A DNA stretch of 64,000 nt, taken from positions 77,006 through 141,005 of the IMG/VR virus record IMGVR_UViG_3300033273_000658; one strand, given 5' to 3'. The stretch comes from a virus. The position numbers were made by a program, and so were the translations under genes. Below the pieces are notes generated by a model, which was not told the DNA's origin, ran no database searches, and was given only the letters and a program-made list of their open reading frames with translations. Below, piece after piece: positions 44,109 to 53,841 of this stretch (within the stretch, counting starts at the first letter, position 1; the number at the start of each line of letters is the position of its first letter).

Positions 44109-44428
44109 AAATTTTTTATCTTAATAGAACAGAAGACGAGTCCGGAGTTTCTGGTACTGGTCGGATAGCACAAGGTTTTATTTTTGATAATGGAAAAGTC
44201 TGCTTAACATGGTTATCAGAACATCCAAGTGTTACAGTATATGATAACATTGGAGAAGTTCGTGCAATACATGGTCATGCCGGAAAAACAGAAGTTGTAA
44301 TGGAACCAGATTATAAGAGGGCTTTTGGAGAACTAAAAGCTTTTGTCGATAGTTTTTCATTGTCAGATGTTGTTGCTGAAAAACTTCCTTTAGAATCAGC
44401 AGCAGGAAAACTACTGAGTAAAAACTAA
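44105..44428 (+). CDS. Hypothetical phage protein
   Basis: L.RTEDESGVSGTGRIAQG..FDNG...IHGH.G.T. Confidence 0.75.
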   Translation: MKIFYLNRTEDESGVSGTGRIAQGFIFDNGKVCLTWLSEHPSVTVYDNIGEVRAIHGHAGKTEVVMEPDYKRAFGELKAFVDSFSLSDVVAEKLPLESAAGKLLSKN

Positions 44429-44435
44429 ATACTAT

Positions 44436-44909
44436 GTGGAACGCTATACTCTCAAACTTGATGCATCTTGGAGACCAATCGAAATTATCGATGGGTTCAA
44501 AGGATTCAACATGTGCTTTACAGGGAGAGCTAACGTGGTTTTGAATTATGACGATGGATTTTTCCCTGCTGTAATTGTTTTGAAGTCATACATTAGAAAA
44601 GAATTTATGTCTTATGCATGCAATAGAAAAAATGTTGTATGGAGAGATAAAAGCATTTGTCAATACTGTGGTGGCAGATTTTCTTTTTCTGAATTAACAA
44701 TGGATCATGTTGTCCCAAAATCTCGTGGTGGTGACAAATCATGGACAAACATTGTTGCATGTTGCAAAAGATGTAATAATAAGAAAGGCAATAGAACCCC
44801 TGAAGAAGCAAAGATGCCTTTAATCAAAAAACCTATTGTTCCAAAATGGAACATTCATGTTTTACTGCGAGATAAATTAATACCACAAGAATGGGAAGAC
44901 TACATATAG
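44436..44909 (+). CDS. HNH endonuclease
   Basis: RD...CQYCG, TMDHVVPKSRGG, WTNIVACCKRCNNKKG. Confidence 0.92.
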   Translation: MERYTLKLDASWRPIEIIDGFKGFNMCFTGRANVVLNYDDGFFPAVIVLKSYIRKEFMSYACNRKNVVWRDKSICQYCGGRFSFSELTMDHVVPKSRGGDKSWTNIVACCKRCNNKKGNRTPEEAKMPLIKKPIVPKWNIHVLLRDKLIPQEWEDYI

Positions 44910-44917
44910 GAGAAAAA

Positions 44918-45178
44918 ATGAGTGATACTATTTTTAATAAAGAAACAACAGACATGATTGTAAAAAAAATCAAACAAGATCCAACTGGAAAGATGGCTGA
45001 AGTTATGCATAAAATTTTAGACGTATGTGAAGAAGCAGGAAACAGAGGATTCACAATGCAAGAACTTTCTGTGATAGCAACAACAGGATGGTTTCTATCA
45101 CAAAGTCCAGAGCTAAGAAGTTTGCTGGATGACATGATGGGGCTAACACCACCATCTGATGATGAAATCTGGAATTGA
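44918..45178 (+). CDS. Hypothetical protein
   Basis: AGGAG RBS. Confidence 0.7.
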   Translation: MSDTIFNKETTDMIVKKIKQDPTGKMAEVMHKILDVCEEAGNRGFTMQELSVIATTGWFLSQSPELRSLLDDMMGLTPPSDDEIWN

Positions 45179-45180
45179 TA

Positions 45181-45209
45181 AAAATGGGAGGCAAAAAGCC
45201 TCCCATTTT
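45181..45209. terminator. Bidirectional intrinsic terminator
   Basis: AAAATGGGAGGC-AAAAA-GCCTCCCATTTT. Confidence 0.8.
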
Positions 45210-45237
45210 GCTATTTATGGTATTGGAGAATTTAAAA

Positions 45238-45525
45238 ATGAAACTATCAGAAAAAAGAATTAAGCAAATTATTCTAGAAGAAATAAATAAAATAACAGAA
45301 CAAGAGCAGCCTCCTGAAGATGAAACTAAAACACTTCAACAGTTAAAGAAATTTTTATTAGAGTTATCAAAAAACACAAATCAAATAAAAGGAGCATCTT
45401 CAGCTGAAGTAAAGGCTGTAGCTGATTTATTTTTAATTATTTTAAGATCTTTACCACAAGGAGAAGTGTCAAAGTATATACAGTATACAACAGACATTTT
45501 TAATAAGAAAACAGGAAACAAATAA
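45238..45525 (+). CDS. Hypothetical protein with IKQIILEE motif
   Basis: MKLSEKRIKQIILEEI; CTATTTA at 45211. Confidence 0.75.
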   Translation: MKLSEKRIKQIILEEINKITEQEQPPEDETKTLQQLKKFLLELSKNTNQIKGASSAEVKAVADLFLIILRSLPQGEVSKYIQYTTDIFNKKTGNK

Positions 45526-48500
45526 TGAACAATAGAAATCTTGCAATTAAAATCTCCAAGCATCCCTTGTTGAGAAAACTTTCCGAAGATAAGAAAATCC
45601 CAAAAAGCATTCTTGCACGCCTCATTGTTGAAGAGATGATGTCTGAAATGGCACCACCAATAACCAATCCATCCTTAAAAAGTGCAACTAGAGCAGTTCA
45701 ACAAAGTTTAAAAAATCTAGAATCAAACCCCCAAAGCGTTTTTCAAAAGTATTTTGATACGAATCAAAATAAACCGGTTTATCCATATGGTGCTTTTGAT
45801 CAACTTAGCTCAAATGATCAAAGAAAATACCAAGGAAAAATACATGACACTATTTTAAGATCTTACCAAGCTTGGAAAGGAGATGAGCTGAATTCTGATG
45901 AACTTGAAGCTTTGGAAAATCATTTGAACAGTTTTCTGGTAGACCCTGAACCAGAACAAGCAGAACCTGAAAGTTCTCAGGAATATAAAAGAATTACAGA
46001 TGTGGATCACGATGATGAAAGAATACAACCATTTCTTGAATATGTTAACAGGTACTCATTGGGATTAGAAGGATACAAATTAATTGATTTTACAGTTCTA
46101 TTAATGAATCTATACTACAAAGCAAAACAGCTTAAGTTAAGTGAATCTGAGTTTAGATCCATAAAAAAAGCGCTTGAACAAAATACTCAACTAGCTAATC
46201 AAAAGAGGTTTGAAGAATTAGTAGAGTTTAAGCAAGTCATTCAGTTTCTAGAAAAATACTCAACTGTTGAAGAGCAAGCCTGGAGAAATTTTATTAAAAC
46301 TTTTCAAGAAGAAAATTTTCCTGCCACTTTTCCATCATCTGAAGATGTTCCACCTTCACCAGAGGAACCCACTCAAGATACCACAACTCCCGATGAACCA
46401 GAAGATACTGAAAAAGACAAAGAAGGAACTGAACCTGAAACACCAGAATCTGCAGATTCAAAAGACACTGAAAGAGATGAAGAAGAGATTGAGGGTGAAG
46501 AGAAAAAAACACCAGAAGATTCTGAAACAGAAGAAGAAGAGGCAACCATTGCTCCAGAAACAGAAGAAGGTGGAGAGGAAGAAGAAAAAACCGACCCCTT
46601 ACCTGAAGAAATTGAAGAAAAGAAAAAGCAAGCATACATTGATGCATCAACAAAATTCCAAAATGATTTTTATGATCAAGAATACAGAATCGATCAAGCG
46701 AACCTTATTGGTGCTGTAATCAATGCGATCTCAGACATTTATGATAATCCAAACAAAGTAAGAGCATTTGGCAGAGTACCATCAGAAGAACAAAATCTTC
46801 AAGAAAATGATGAAACAATACAAGCATCAGAAGATGAGATTAGAAATCTAAGAATCGATTTTAGATCATTATTATCCAGAATCAATACAGCAAAGTCAGA
46901 ATTAGATAAATTTGAAAAAGCAAAAACTACCGGTTCTGTTGTCACAGATAATTATAAAAAACAATTCTTGCTTATTTTGAGAAGAATCCAAGCATCGATT
47001 AAAACTATACATAATTCACTTCAAGTTATAATTGGAGATAAATTTTCCATTAATGAACAGGTAACAAAAGAAGACATTATACAACAATGGAAAGAAGTTC
47101 AAGATAAGTATGACAAAGCTGTTCAATCTTCTGCTTCTTTAAGAGAGTTAATGGCTGGAACAGAATCATCAGAAAAACCAGAATTAATAATACAGGATAC
47201 TTATTCATCTCTTTTGGATTTGGCTACACACTTTCCAAGTGTAAATCCTTTCGGAAGTTCCGAAGTAAAGACCAAAGAAGACATGAATAAATATAAAGAA
47301 GCTTTTGAGAATGCTGTTGGAAAAGTCAAAACAGATTTACAAAATGTTCTTTCTTTGATGAAAATTGGAAGATCTGGTAAAGCCACACTTCAATCTGCAT
47401 TGAATGGTCTAGAAGATTTTTCTGGATCTGTTCAAAGTATTTTCGGTGTTCCATCTCAGTTTGTTGAAATTAAAGTAGATAATCAAACACCAGCGGCTGA
47501 AGGAAAACCGACTGAAGTAGAAGTTGAAGGTGATTTGGATTCTGAAACAAAACCTAAAGAAGTTAGTGAATTTGACAAAGCAATTGATAAACTAACATCA
47601 GGGCAGATAGCTGAATTTATAAACCAACAAAATTATAAACTTGGACCCTTAATGTTAAACTATCTAGTGGACAAAGGAGACGTTACCAAAGCAGCAGAAA
47701 CTTTGAGTCTTATAAAAGATCCGGGTTTGAAAGCAAGAATTATTATTGATAGCGGCAAAGGTAAAACTACAATTCATAAAGATTATTACGATGATTTTAA
47801 GAAAGGGTTTATTGAATTCGCAAAAGAACAACCAGAAATGAATGTGCTGGACCCAAATGACTTTGGAAAAATGCTATCACAATTTGAAAAAGAGTCTCCG
47901 AAACAATATAAAGAATTAATGAATGTAATTGAGGATGAAGAAAATCAGCTTTATAAAGACCTTGCGCAACGTCAAAAAGATAGTGAGATAGCAGCAGAAG
48001 ATTTAGAAAAAGAAATCCAAAAAGTTATGGCAACCATTGATACTAAACAAGAATGGGAGCAACTTTTAAAAAGACAAGCAATCGAAGATCAAAATATTAT
48101 AAAAACAGCAGGAATAATAAGAGATCTCTTTGTTGAAGTCTTCAAAAGTCTTTCTGGTGAAGAGGATGAATTAGAAGAATCAGTAATCAATAAATTTATG
48201 GGAAGACTCTCACCAGATTCTGATGTTATAAAAAGAACTTTTATTACAAGATCAACAAATTACATTTCAAATCTTGACGTCGGCGCGGAAAAAGAAGAAA
48301 TAAAAAATACATTGACATCAAAATTTGAAAAGTTATCAGAAGAAGATCAAAAACTTATAATTGATAATTATCGTAAAGTTCTAAAGCCTATGTCTTTAAA
48401 AGACATGTTAACATCTGTTTACCAGAATGAAGGCTTTGGGGAACTTTTTAATACTGGTTTATCAGGCAATCAAATAAAGGGCATAATAAAACAATCTTAT

Positions 48501-49673
48501 AAAGATTCAAAACAAAAAAATTGGAATGACAGCACTGCCGCTGACCTCGACGACGACAACGACGGCATCTTGGATTCCGATGAGGGAACTGGCGACACTG
48601 ATGGCGACGGCATTCCCAACAACCAAGATTTGGATGCCGATGGCGATGGTCAAGAATCTTATGAGGAAGAAGATTCCGAAAACAACCGGGAACGTCAAGA
48701 CTCAGAGCCACCACCTGAAGATGAAGAGATGTCTGAAGAAAATCCTTTTGAACTTGCTGATTGGTATGAAGATTCCGAAAACAACTGGGAACCTCAAGAC
48801 TCAGAAACACCACCTGAAGATTCTGATGAAGCTACAAATGAACTACAACAAGAATACAAAAAACAAACAGGTATAGACTTTGAAAAAGGTGAAATTGAAG
48901 AATTGGAAGCTTTGATTAATTTTAGTCCTCAAATCAATGAGAGTTTGGAAGATGATTTTAAAAGTATCATAGGAAGTGATAATTATTCTAAACACCAAAG
49001 AAAATTTGACAATTACATTCAAAACCTTAATTACAACAGAAAACAAACACTCATTCAAGCTTTTAAGAAAGCAAAAGATTCAGAAAAATTTAAAAGATTT
49101 TTTAAACAACGTTTCATGAAAAATACTGCTAATACTCCGGACCCTATAAAAGACCTGCCACCAACCAAAGCTCTTGGAGCAGTAGTATTCTGTCCTTCTT
49201 GTAGTGCTAAATTTAGTTTTTCTCTTCCAAAAAAATACCAAAATAGACATTCTAAGACGTTACCATTCAAATGTGGGAATTGCGATGATAATTTCAAAGT
49301 AAAAGTTGAAGACCTTTACACTATAGGTGGCACCGAATTGGTTACCTCAAAGATAAGACATATGAATATAAATGGACTGCAACTATGGTCGTCTTGGAAA
49401 CAATTCATTCAATACGTTAAACATTTTGGCGAGCCTCTGGAAGATAGCGACCCGGTAAGTGCCTTCGGAGGAGAATGGAAGACTGCTGTGGAGCACCCGG
49501 AATTAGAACAGTTTTTCTCACCAGAAGAAATTGATTCTCCTCCACAGAAAGATAAAAAAGAAACAGCAGAAGATTTTTATCCTGGTGGTTTTGTCCCAGA
49601 TTCTGTTAAAGAACAGATAATTGCAAACAAACTCAAACCCCTCATTCGTGAGCTGCTAAACAAAGGAAAATAA
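45525..49673 (+). CDS. 1382-aa acidic protein with TSP3-like Ca-binding repeats and a Zn ribbon
   Basis: DLDDDNDGILDSDEGTGDTDGDGIPNNQDLDADGDG; CPSC...CGNC. Confidence 0.85.
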   Translation: MNNRNLAIKISKHPLLRKLSEDKKIPKSILARLIVEEMMSEMAPPITNPSLKSATRAVQQSLKNLESNPQSVFQKYFDTNQNKPVYPYGAFDQLSSNDQRKYQGKIHDTILRSYQAWKGDELNSDELEALENHLNSFLVDPEPEQAEPESSQEYKRITDVDHDDERIQPFLEYVNRYSLGLEGYKLIDFTVLLMNLYYKAKQLKLSESEFRSIKKALEQNTQLANQKRFEELVEFKQVIQFLEKYSTVEEQAWRNFIKTFQEENFPATFPSSEDVPPSPEEPTQDTTTPDEPEDTEKDKEGTEPETPESADSKDTERDEEEIEGEEKKTPEDSETEEEEATIAPETEEGGEEEEKTDPLPEEIEEKKKQAYIDASTKFQNDFYDQEYRIDQANLIGAVINAISDIYDNPNKVRAFGRVPSEEQNLQENDETIQASEDEIRNLRIDFRSLLSRINTAKSELDKFEKAKTTGSVVTDNYKKQFLLILRRIQASIKTIHNSLQVIIGDKFSINEQVTKEDIIQQWKEVQDKYDKAVQSSASLRELMAGTESSEKPELIIQDTYSSLLDLATHFPSVNPFGSSEVKTKEDMNKYKEAFENAVGKVKTDLQNVLSLMKIGRSGKATLQSALNGLEDFSGSVQSIFGVPSQFVEIKVDNQTPAAEGKPTEVEVEGDLDSETKPKEVSEFDKAIDKLTSGQIAEFINQQNYKLGPLMLNYLVDKGDVTKAAETLSLIKDPGLKARIIIDSGKGKTTIHKDYYDDFKKGFIEFAKEQPEMNVLDPNDFGKMLSQFEKESPKQYKELMNVIEDEENQLYKDLAQRQKDSEIAAEDLEKEIQKVMATIDTKQEWEQLLKRQAIEDQNIIKTAGIIRDLFVEVFKSLSGEEDELEESVINKFMGRLSPDSDVIKRTFITRSTNYISNLDVGAEKEEIKNTLTSKFEKLSEEDQKLIIDNYRKVLKPMSLKDMLTSVYQNEGFGELFNTGLSGNQIKGIIKQSYKDSKQKNWNDSTAADLDDDNDGILDSDEGTGDTDGDGIPNNQDLDADGDGQESYEEEDSENNRERQDSEPPPEDEEMSEENPFELADWYEDSENNWEPQDSETPPEDSDEATNELQQEYKKQTGIDFEKGEIEELEALINFSPQINESLEDDFKSIIGSDNYSKHQRKFDNYIQNLNYNRKQTLIQAFKKAKDSEKFKRFFKQRFMKNTANTPDPIKDLPPTKALGAVVFCPSCSAKFSFSLPKKYQNRHSKTLPFKCGNCDDNFKVKVEDLYTIGGTELVTSKIRHMNINGLQLWSSWKQFIQYVKHFGEPLEDSDPVSAFGGEWKTAVEHPELEQFFSPEEIDSPPQKDKKETAEDFYPGGFVPDSVKEQIIANKLKPLIRELLNKGK

Positions 49674-50993
49674 ATGGCAAAAAAAACATATGTTATTGAT
49701 ACAAGCGTCTTTCTTAGTGATGCAAATGCACTGTACCGTTTTAAGAATAACGACATTGTTATTCCAATCAAAGTATTGGAAGAAATCGACAAACACAAGA
49801 AGCGACAAGACTCTGTTGGCTTTAATGCTCGTCTCATCATAAAGCACCTTGACGAGTTGAGAGTCAAAGGATCTCTTCATAAAGGATTACGTATTGGAAA
49901 GGGCATGGGAATTCTAAGAGTTGCAAAGGCTTCTTCCGATCTTCCCAAAGACCTTGATTTCAATGTCCCCGATCACCAGATCCTCTCTGTTGCCGTTCAT
50001 GAAAGCAAAGAGAATGAAAGACGTAAAGTCATTGTTGTGTCTCGCGACATCAACATGCGAGTCATTGCCGATTCCCTTGGTCTTATCTCAGAAGACTATG
50101 AGACCAATTCAATTGTTGAAGACAAAGACAAAGTATACGAAGGTTTTGCTGAGGTTCTCGTTGATGATGAATTCATTGAGCGTTTCTACGATGGCGAAGA
50201 GATGATACTTGAAGAATCCATGGTAAAAGAAAAGTTATACCCAAATCAATTCCTTCTTCTAATTTCATCAAGCAACCCAAAAAAGTCCGCTATTTGCCGA
50301 TTTTTCGATCATAAAAAGCCTTTAAAACCAATCAACGTCAAGGACTACTCAAAGTCTTGGGGAGTCGTTCCTCGTAATAAAGAGCAGACATTTGCGTATG
50401 ATTTGCTGTTTGATGATGATGTTCCACTTGTCTCTCTTATTGGTCGTGCTGGTTCTGGTAAAACCCTTATGGCAATTGCTGCTGGTCTTGAACAAACTGT
50501 TGGATTTGCCGAGAGAAAATACAAAAAGATCGTTGTGTCTCGTCCTGTTCAACCTATGGGAAAAGACATTGGTTTCCTTCCCGGAACCATGGAGGAGAAG
50601 ATGCTTCCGTGGTTGATGCCTATTCATGACAACCTTGAATTCATCCTAGGAAATAAGAATCAAATAAAGTCTTATTTTGAGAAAGGGCAAATTGAAGTTG
50701 AGGCGATAACATACATTCGTGGCCGCTCAATCTCAAACGCCTTCATTATCATTGACGAAGCCCAGAACCTCACAGCTCACGAAGTTAAGACAATTATTAC
50801 GCGTGTTGGAGAGAACACAAAGATTATCTTGACCGGAGACATTGAACAGATTGATAACATTTATACAAATGAAACTTCAAACGGCTTGACATACGCTATT
50901 GAGAAATTCAAACATGCTGAATTAGCCGGCCACATCACCTTCAGAAAAGGTGAGAGATCCAAGATTGCAACTCTGGCATCCAAAGTTCTGTAG
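49674..50993 (+). CDS. phoH: PIN-PhoH protein (PhoH2/YlaK type)
   Basis: YVIDTSVF (PIN); GRAGSGKT, GFLPG, YIRGRS, IIDEAQN, GDIEQID. Confidence 0.95.
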   Translation: MAKKTYVIDTSVFLSDANALYRFKNNDIVIPIKVLEEIDKHKKRQDSVGFNARLIIKHLDELRVKGSLHKGLRIGKGMGILRVAKASSDLPKDLDFNVPDHQILSVAVHESKENERRKVIVVSRDINMRVIADSLGLISEDYETNSIVEDKDKVYEGFAEVLVDDEFIERFYDGEEMILEESMVKEKLYPNQFLLLISSSNPKKSAICRFFDHKKPLKPINVKDYSKSWGVVPRNKEQTFAYDLLFDDDVPLVSLIGRAGSGKTLMAIAAGLEQTVGFAERKYKKIVVSRPVQPMGKDIGFLPGTMEEKMLPWLMPIHDNLEFILGNKNQIKSYFEKGQIEVEAITYIRGRSISNAFIIIDEAQNLTAHEVKTIITRVGENTKIILTGDIEQIDNIYTNETSNGLTYAIEKFKHAELAGHITFRKGERSKIATLASKVL

Positions 50994-51012
50994 ACTATTT
51001 ATTTCTTTTTAT

Positions 51013-51041
51013 TTGACATTTTTATTTTATTAGGTTATAAT
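51013..51041 (+). promoter_or_regulatory. Consensus sigma70 promoter
   Basis: TTGACA-N17-TATAAT. Confidence 0.8.
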
Positions 51042-51050
51042 AATAACATA

Positions 51051-51737
51051 ATGGAGAAAACAATGAAATGGTTAAATGAATCAATGAATAAATCTAAAAA
51101 ACTTAAGGACACGTACAGCTTGCATGACATAGAAATTTTTATAAAAGATCAATTACCAGAACACATTGACATGGACTTTATTTTAAAGTACATTAAGATG
51201 AGAGTTCCCTATACTTTGCTTCGTGGTGTTGACATGATCTATGTTGGAAAATTCAAGCATCTTGAAGAAAGAGATGCAAATGCTTTGTATATGGACGGAG
51301 CAATTTACTTGACAAATGATCAAGATGATGATAAAGACATGATAGACGACATCATCCATGAGATTGCTCATTCTGTTGAAGAACTTTATGGTCATCACAT
51401 TTATGATGATGGAGCAATACAAAGAGAATTTCTAGGAAAGAGAAAGCGTTTGTTCCAAGATCTCAAAAATCATGACTATGAACCACCAGAAGAACTACAA
51501 TTTAAAACCGAGTTTGTCCAGAAGATAGATGACTATCTCTATCAGGATGTAACTTATGATGCGATGTGGCATTTTGTTGGAGGACTATTCCCATCGCCCT
51601 ATGCAGCAACTTCAATGCGAGAATACTTTGCTCGTGGATTTGAAGAATACTGTATGGATAATAAAAAAGAGTTAGCACAACTTTGTCCTGCTCTTTTTAC
51701 AAAGATAAAATCATTACAAAAAATGGAGGACCAATGA
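51051..51737 (+). CDS. HExxH zincin-like protein
   Basis: IIHEIAHSVE...YAATSMREYFA. Confidence 0.75.
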   Translation: MEKTMKWLNESMNKSKKLKDTYSLHDIEIFIKDQLPEHIDMDFILKYIKMRVPYTLLRGVDMIYVGKFKHLEERDANALYMDGAIYLTNDQDDDKDMIDDIIHEIAHSVEELYGHHIYDDGAIQREFLGKRKRLFQDLKNHDYEPPEELQFKTEFVQKIDDYLYQDVTYDAMWHFVGGLFPSPYAATSMREYFARGFEEYCMDNKKELAQLCPALFTKIKSLQKMEDQ

Positions 51738-52492
51738 AACACATATCTTATTCCGAACTTAAAACGTGGGCTGAATGTCCATACAAAAGAAAACTAATGT
51801 ACCAAGACCGTGTAAAGAAATTTATTGGAAATAAATTTACAGCATTTGGAAAAGCCTTACATTTTTTATGTGAGAATCTTGTATACGATAAGGTTGAAGA
51901 TCCTGAAGATTTTTTTAACCTTTCTTTTGAAAAAGAGTTAGAATCTATAGGAATTGAAGAAGATAAGGGAATCTCTGAGATGAGAGAACAAGCACAACTT
52001 ATTGCCCCCCAGATTATGCCTCAGCTTACTAAAATCTTTGGTGATTATGAGGTATTTTCCGTTGAAGAACAGCTTTATCAAGACATAGTGGATAGTGACA
52101 CTGGGTATAAATTTAAAGGCTTTATAGACCTTGTAATTCGCACATCTGATGGAAAATTTCACATCATTGATTGGAAGACGTGTTCTTGGGGTTGGGATGC
52201 CAAAAAACGCTCTGATAAATTCATTGCATATCAATTGACTTTATATAAGAAGTTTTGGTGTGAAAAGTATGAAGTTGATCCTAAACTAGTTGAAACTCAT
52301 TTTGCTCTTCTTAAGAGAACAGCAAAAAAAGATAACGTTGAATTCTTTCGTGTAACGTCTGGTCCTCGCAAAGTTGATAATGCAACAACCTTACTTACAA
52401 ATGCCCTAACGCACATTTCAAAGGAAAATCATGTGAAAGATAGAAGATCTTGTCAAGGTTGTGAATTCTACAAAACAGAGCATTGCAAATAA
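51734..52492 (+). CDS. PD-(D/E)XK nuclease (Cas4/RecB-like, with Cys cluster)
   Basis: ISYS...CPY, KGFIDLV, IIDWKT, QLTLY, CQGCEF....C. Confidence 0.9.
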   Translation: MKHISYSELKTWAECPYKRKLMYQDRVKKFIGNKFTAFGKALHFLCENLVYDKVEDPEDFFNLSFEKELESIGIEEDKGISEMREQAQLIAPQIMPQLTKIFGDYEVFSVEEQLYQDIVDSDTGYKFKGFIDLVIRTSDGKFHIIDWKTCSWGWDAKKRSDKFIAYQLTLYKKFWCEKYEVDPKLVETHFALLKRTAKKDNVEFFRVTSGPRKVDNATTLLTNALTHISKENHVKDRRSCQGCEFYKTEHCK

Positions 52493-52518
52493 AAAATAAA
52501 AAAAGTTTAACTTTTTTC

Positions 52519-52547
52519 TTGACACCATCCGATAAGCATGTTATACT
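52519..52547 (+). promoter_or_regulatory. sigma70 promoter of the glycan cluster
   Basis: TTGACA-N17-TATACT, TG-extended. Confidence 0.8.
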
Positions 52548-52575
52548 AAATACATAACAAATAAAGAGGTAACCC

Positions 52576-53841
52576 TTGACTAAAAAAATTAAAGTATTAA
52601 CATTATCGGACCATCCCCTGTCCCCGTCCGGTGTTGGAACTCAAACAAAATACATGTGCGAAGCTCTCCTTAACACCGGACGGTATCAAATAGTCTCTTT
52701 TGGTGGAGCAATAAAACACCAAGATTATACTCCAAAAGCTGTCGAGCCTTATGGTGAAGATTGGAAAATTATTCCTGTTGATGGCTATGGAACACAAGAA
52801 ATGATCCGCTCGGTATTGAGAACCGAAAAGCCGGACATCCTATGGTTTATGACTGACCCTCGCTTTTGGGGTTGGTTGTGGCAAATTGAAAACGAGATTC
52901 GCCCTCTCGTTCCTATGGTTTACTACCATGTTTGGGACAATTATCCTGTTCCAATGTTTAATAGAAAGTATTATATTTCAAATGATGCAATTGCAACTAT
53001 CTCAAAAGTAACTGATGATATTGTAAAACAAGCAGCGCCTGAAGTAAAAAGAAAATACATTCCTCACGCTGTAAATGGAAAGGTGTTTAAGCCTTTAACT
53101 CCAGAACAGATTGAGAACATACGAAAAGACAGTTTACCTGAGTCTGATCGAGACAAGGTTATTTTCTTCTGGAATAATAGAAATGCCCGAAGAAAGCAAT
53201 CTGGAACTTTGATCTGGTGGTTTAAAGAGTGGCTTGATAAACGTGGACTCCACGATAAAGCGCAACTCATTATGCATACAGACCCCAAAGACCCTCACGG
53301 TCAAGATCTCAATCACATTATCGAACATCTGGGACTTGATGATAGACAAGTACTCCTTTCAACAAATAAGCTCCCCCCAGAACATTTAGCTGCAATGTAT
53401 AACATGGCAGATTGTACAATTAATATTTCAGATGCCGAAGGCTTTGGTCTTGCGACGCTGGAATCCCTCTCTTGCGGAACCCCAATTATTGTTAACATGA
53501 CAGGTGGTCTACAAGAACAAGTTATCTCAGGAGCTGAAATGTTTGGAGTTCCCCTCCTCCCCTCCTCAAAGTCTATCATCGGGTCCCAAGATGTTCCTTA
53601 CATTTATGAGGATCGTCTCAATAAAGACCAATTTTTATCCGCATTGTCAAAGATTTACGACATGGGAGACGTTGAAAGACGTAAGATGGGTATGGCTGGC
53701 CGCAAGCATGTTGAAGAGAATTATAACTTTGAAACTTTCAATAATACGTGGATTTCTTTTATGGACAAAATTCATGAAGAAGAAGGTTCATGGGAGAATA
53801 GAAAAGGTTATAATGGAATTCGATTTGTGGAGGTAGCGTAA
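52576..53841 (+). CDS. GT-B (GT4) glycosyltransferase
   Basis: NRNARRKQ, EGFGLATLESLSCGTP. Confidence 0.92.
   Translation: MTKKIKVLTLSDHPLSPSGVGTQTKYMCEALLNTGRYQIVSFGGAIKHQDYTPKAVEPYGEDWKIIPVDGYGTQEMIRSVLRTEKPDILWFMTDPRFWGWLWQIENEIRPLVPMVYYHVWDNYPVPMFNRKYYISNDAIATISKVTDDIVKQAAPEVKRKYIPHAVNGKVFKPLTPEQIENIRKDSLPESDRDKVIFFWNNRNARRKQSGTLIWWFKEWLDKRGLHDKAQLIMHTDPKDPHGQDLNHIIEHLGLDDRQVLLSTNKLPPEHLAAMYNMADCTINISDAEGFGLATLESLSCGTPIIVNMTGGLQEQVISGAEMFGVPLLPSSKSIIGSQDVPYIYEDRLNKDQFLSALSKIYDMGDVERRKMGMAGRKHVEENYNFETFNNTWISFMDKIHEEEGSWENRKGYNGIRFVEVA

Noticed and set aside
44436-44909. HNH gene as a mobile intron or homing element
   Set aside because: No interrupted host gene or intron-like flanks; it sits in normal operon spacing
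51734-52492. Cas4 as part of a CRISPR system
   Set aside because: Stand-alone PD-(D/E)XK nucleases with a Cys cluster are common in phages; no other cas genes or array
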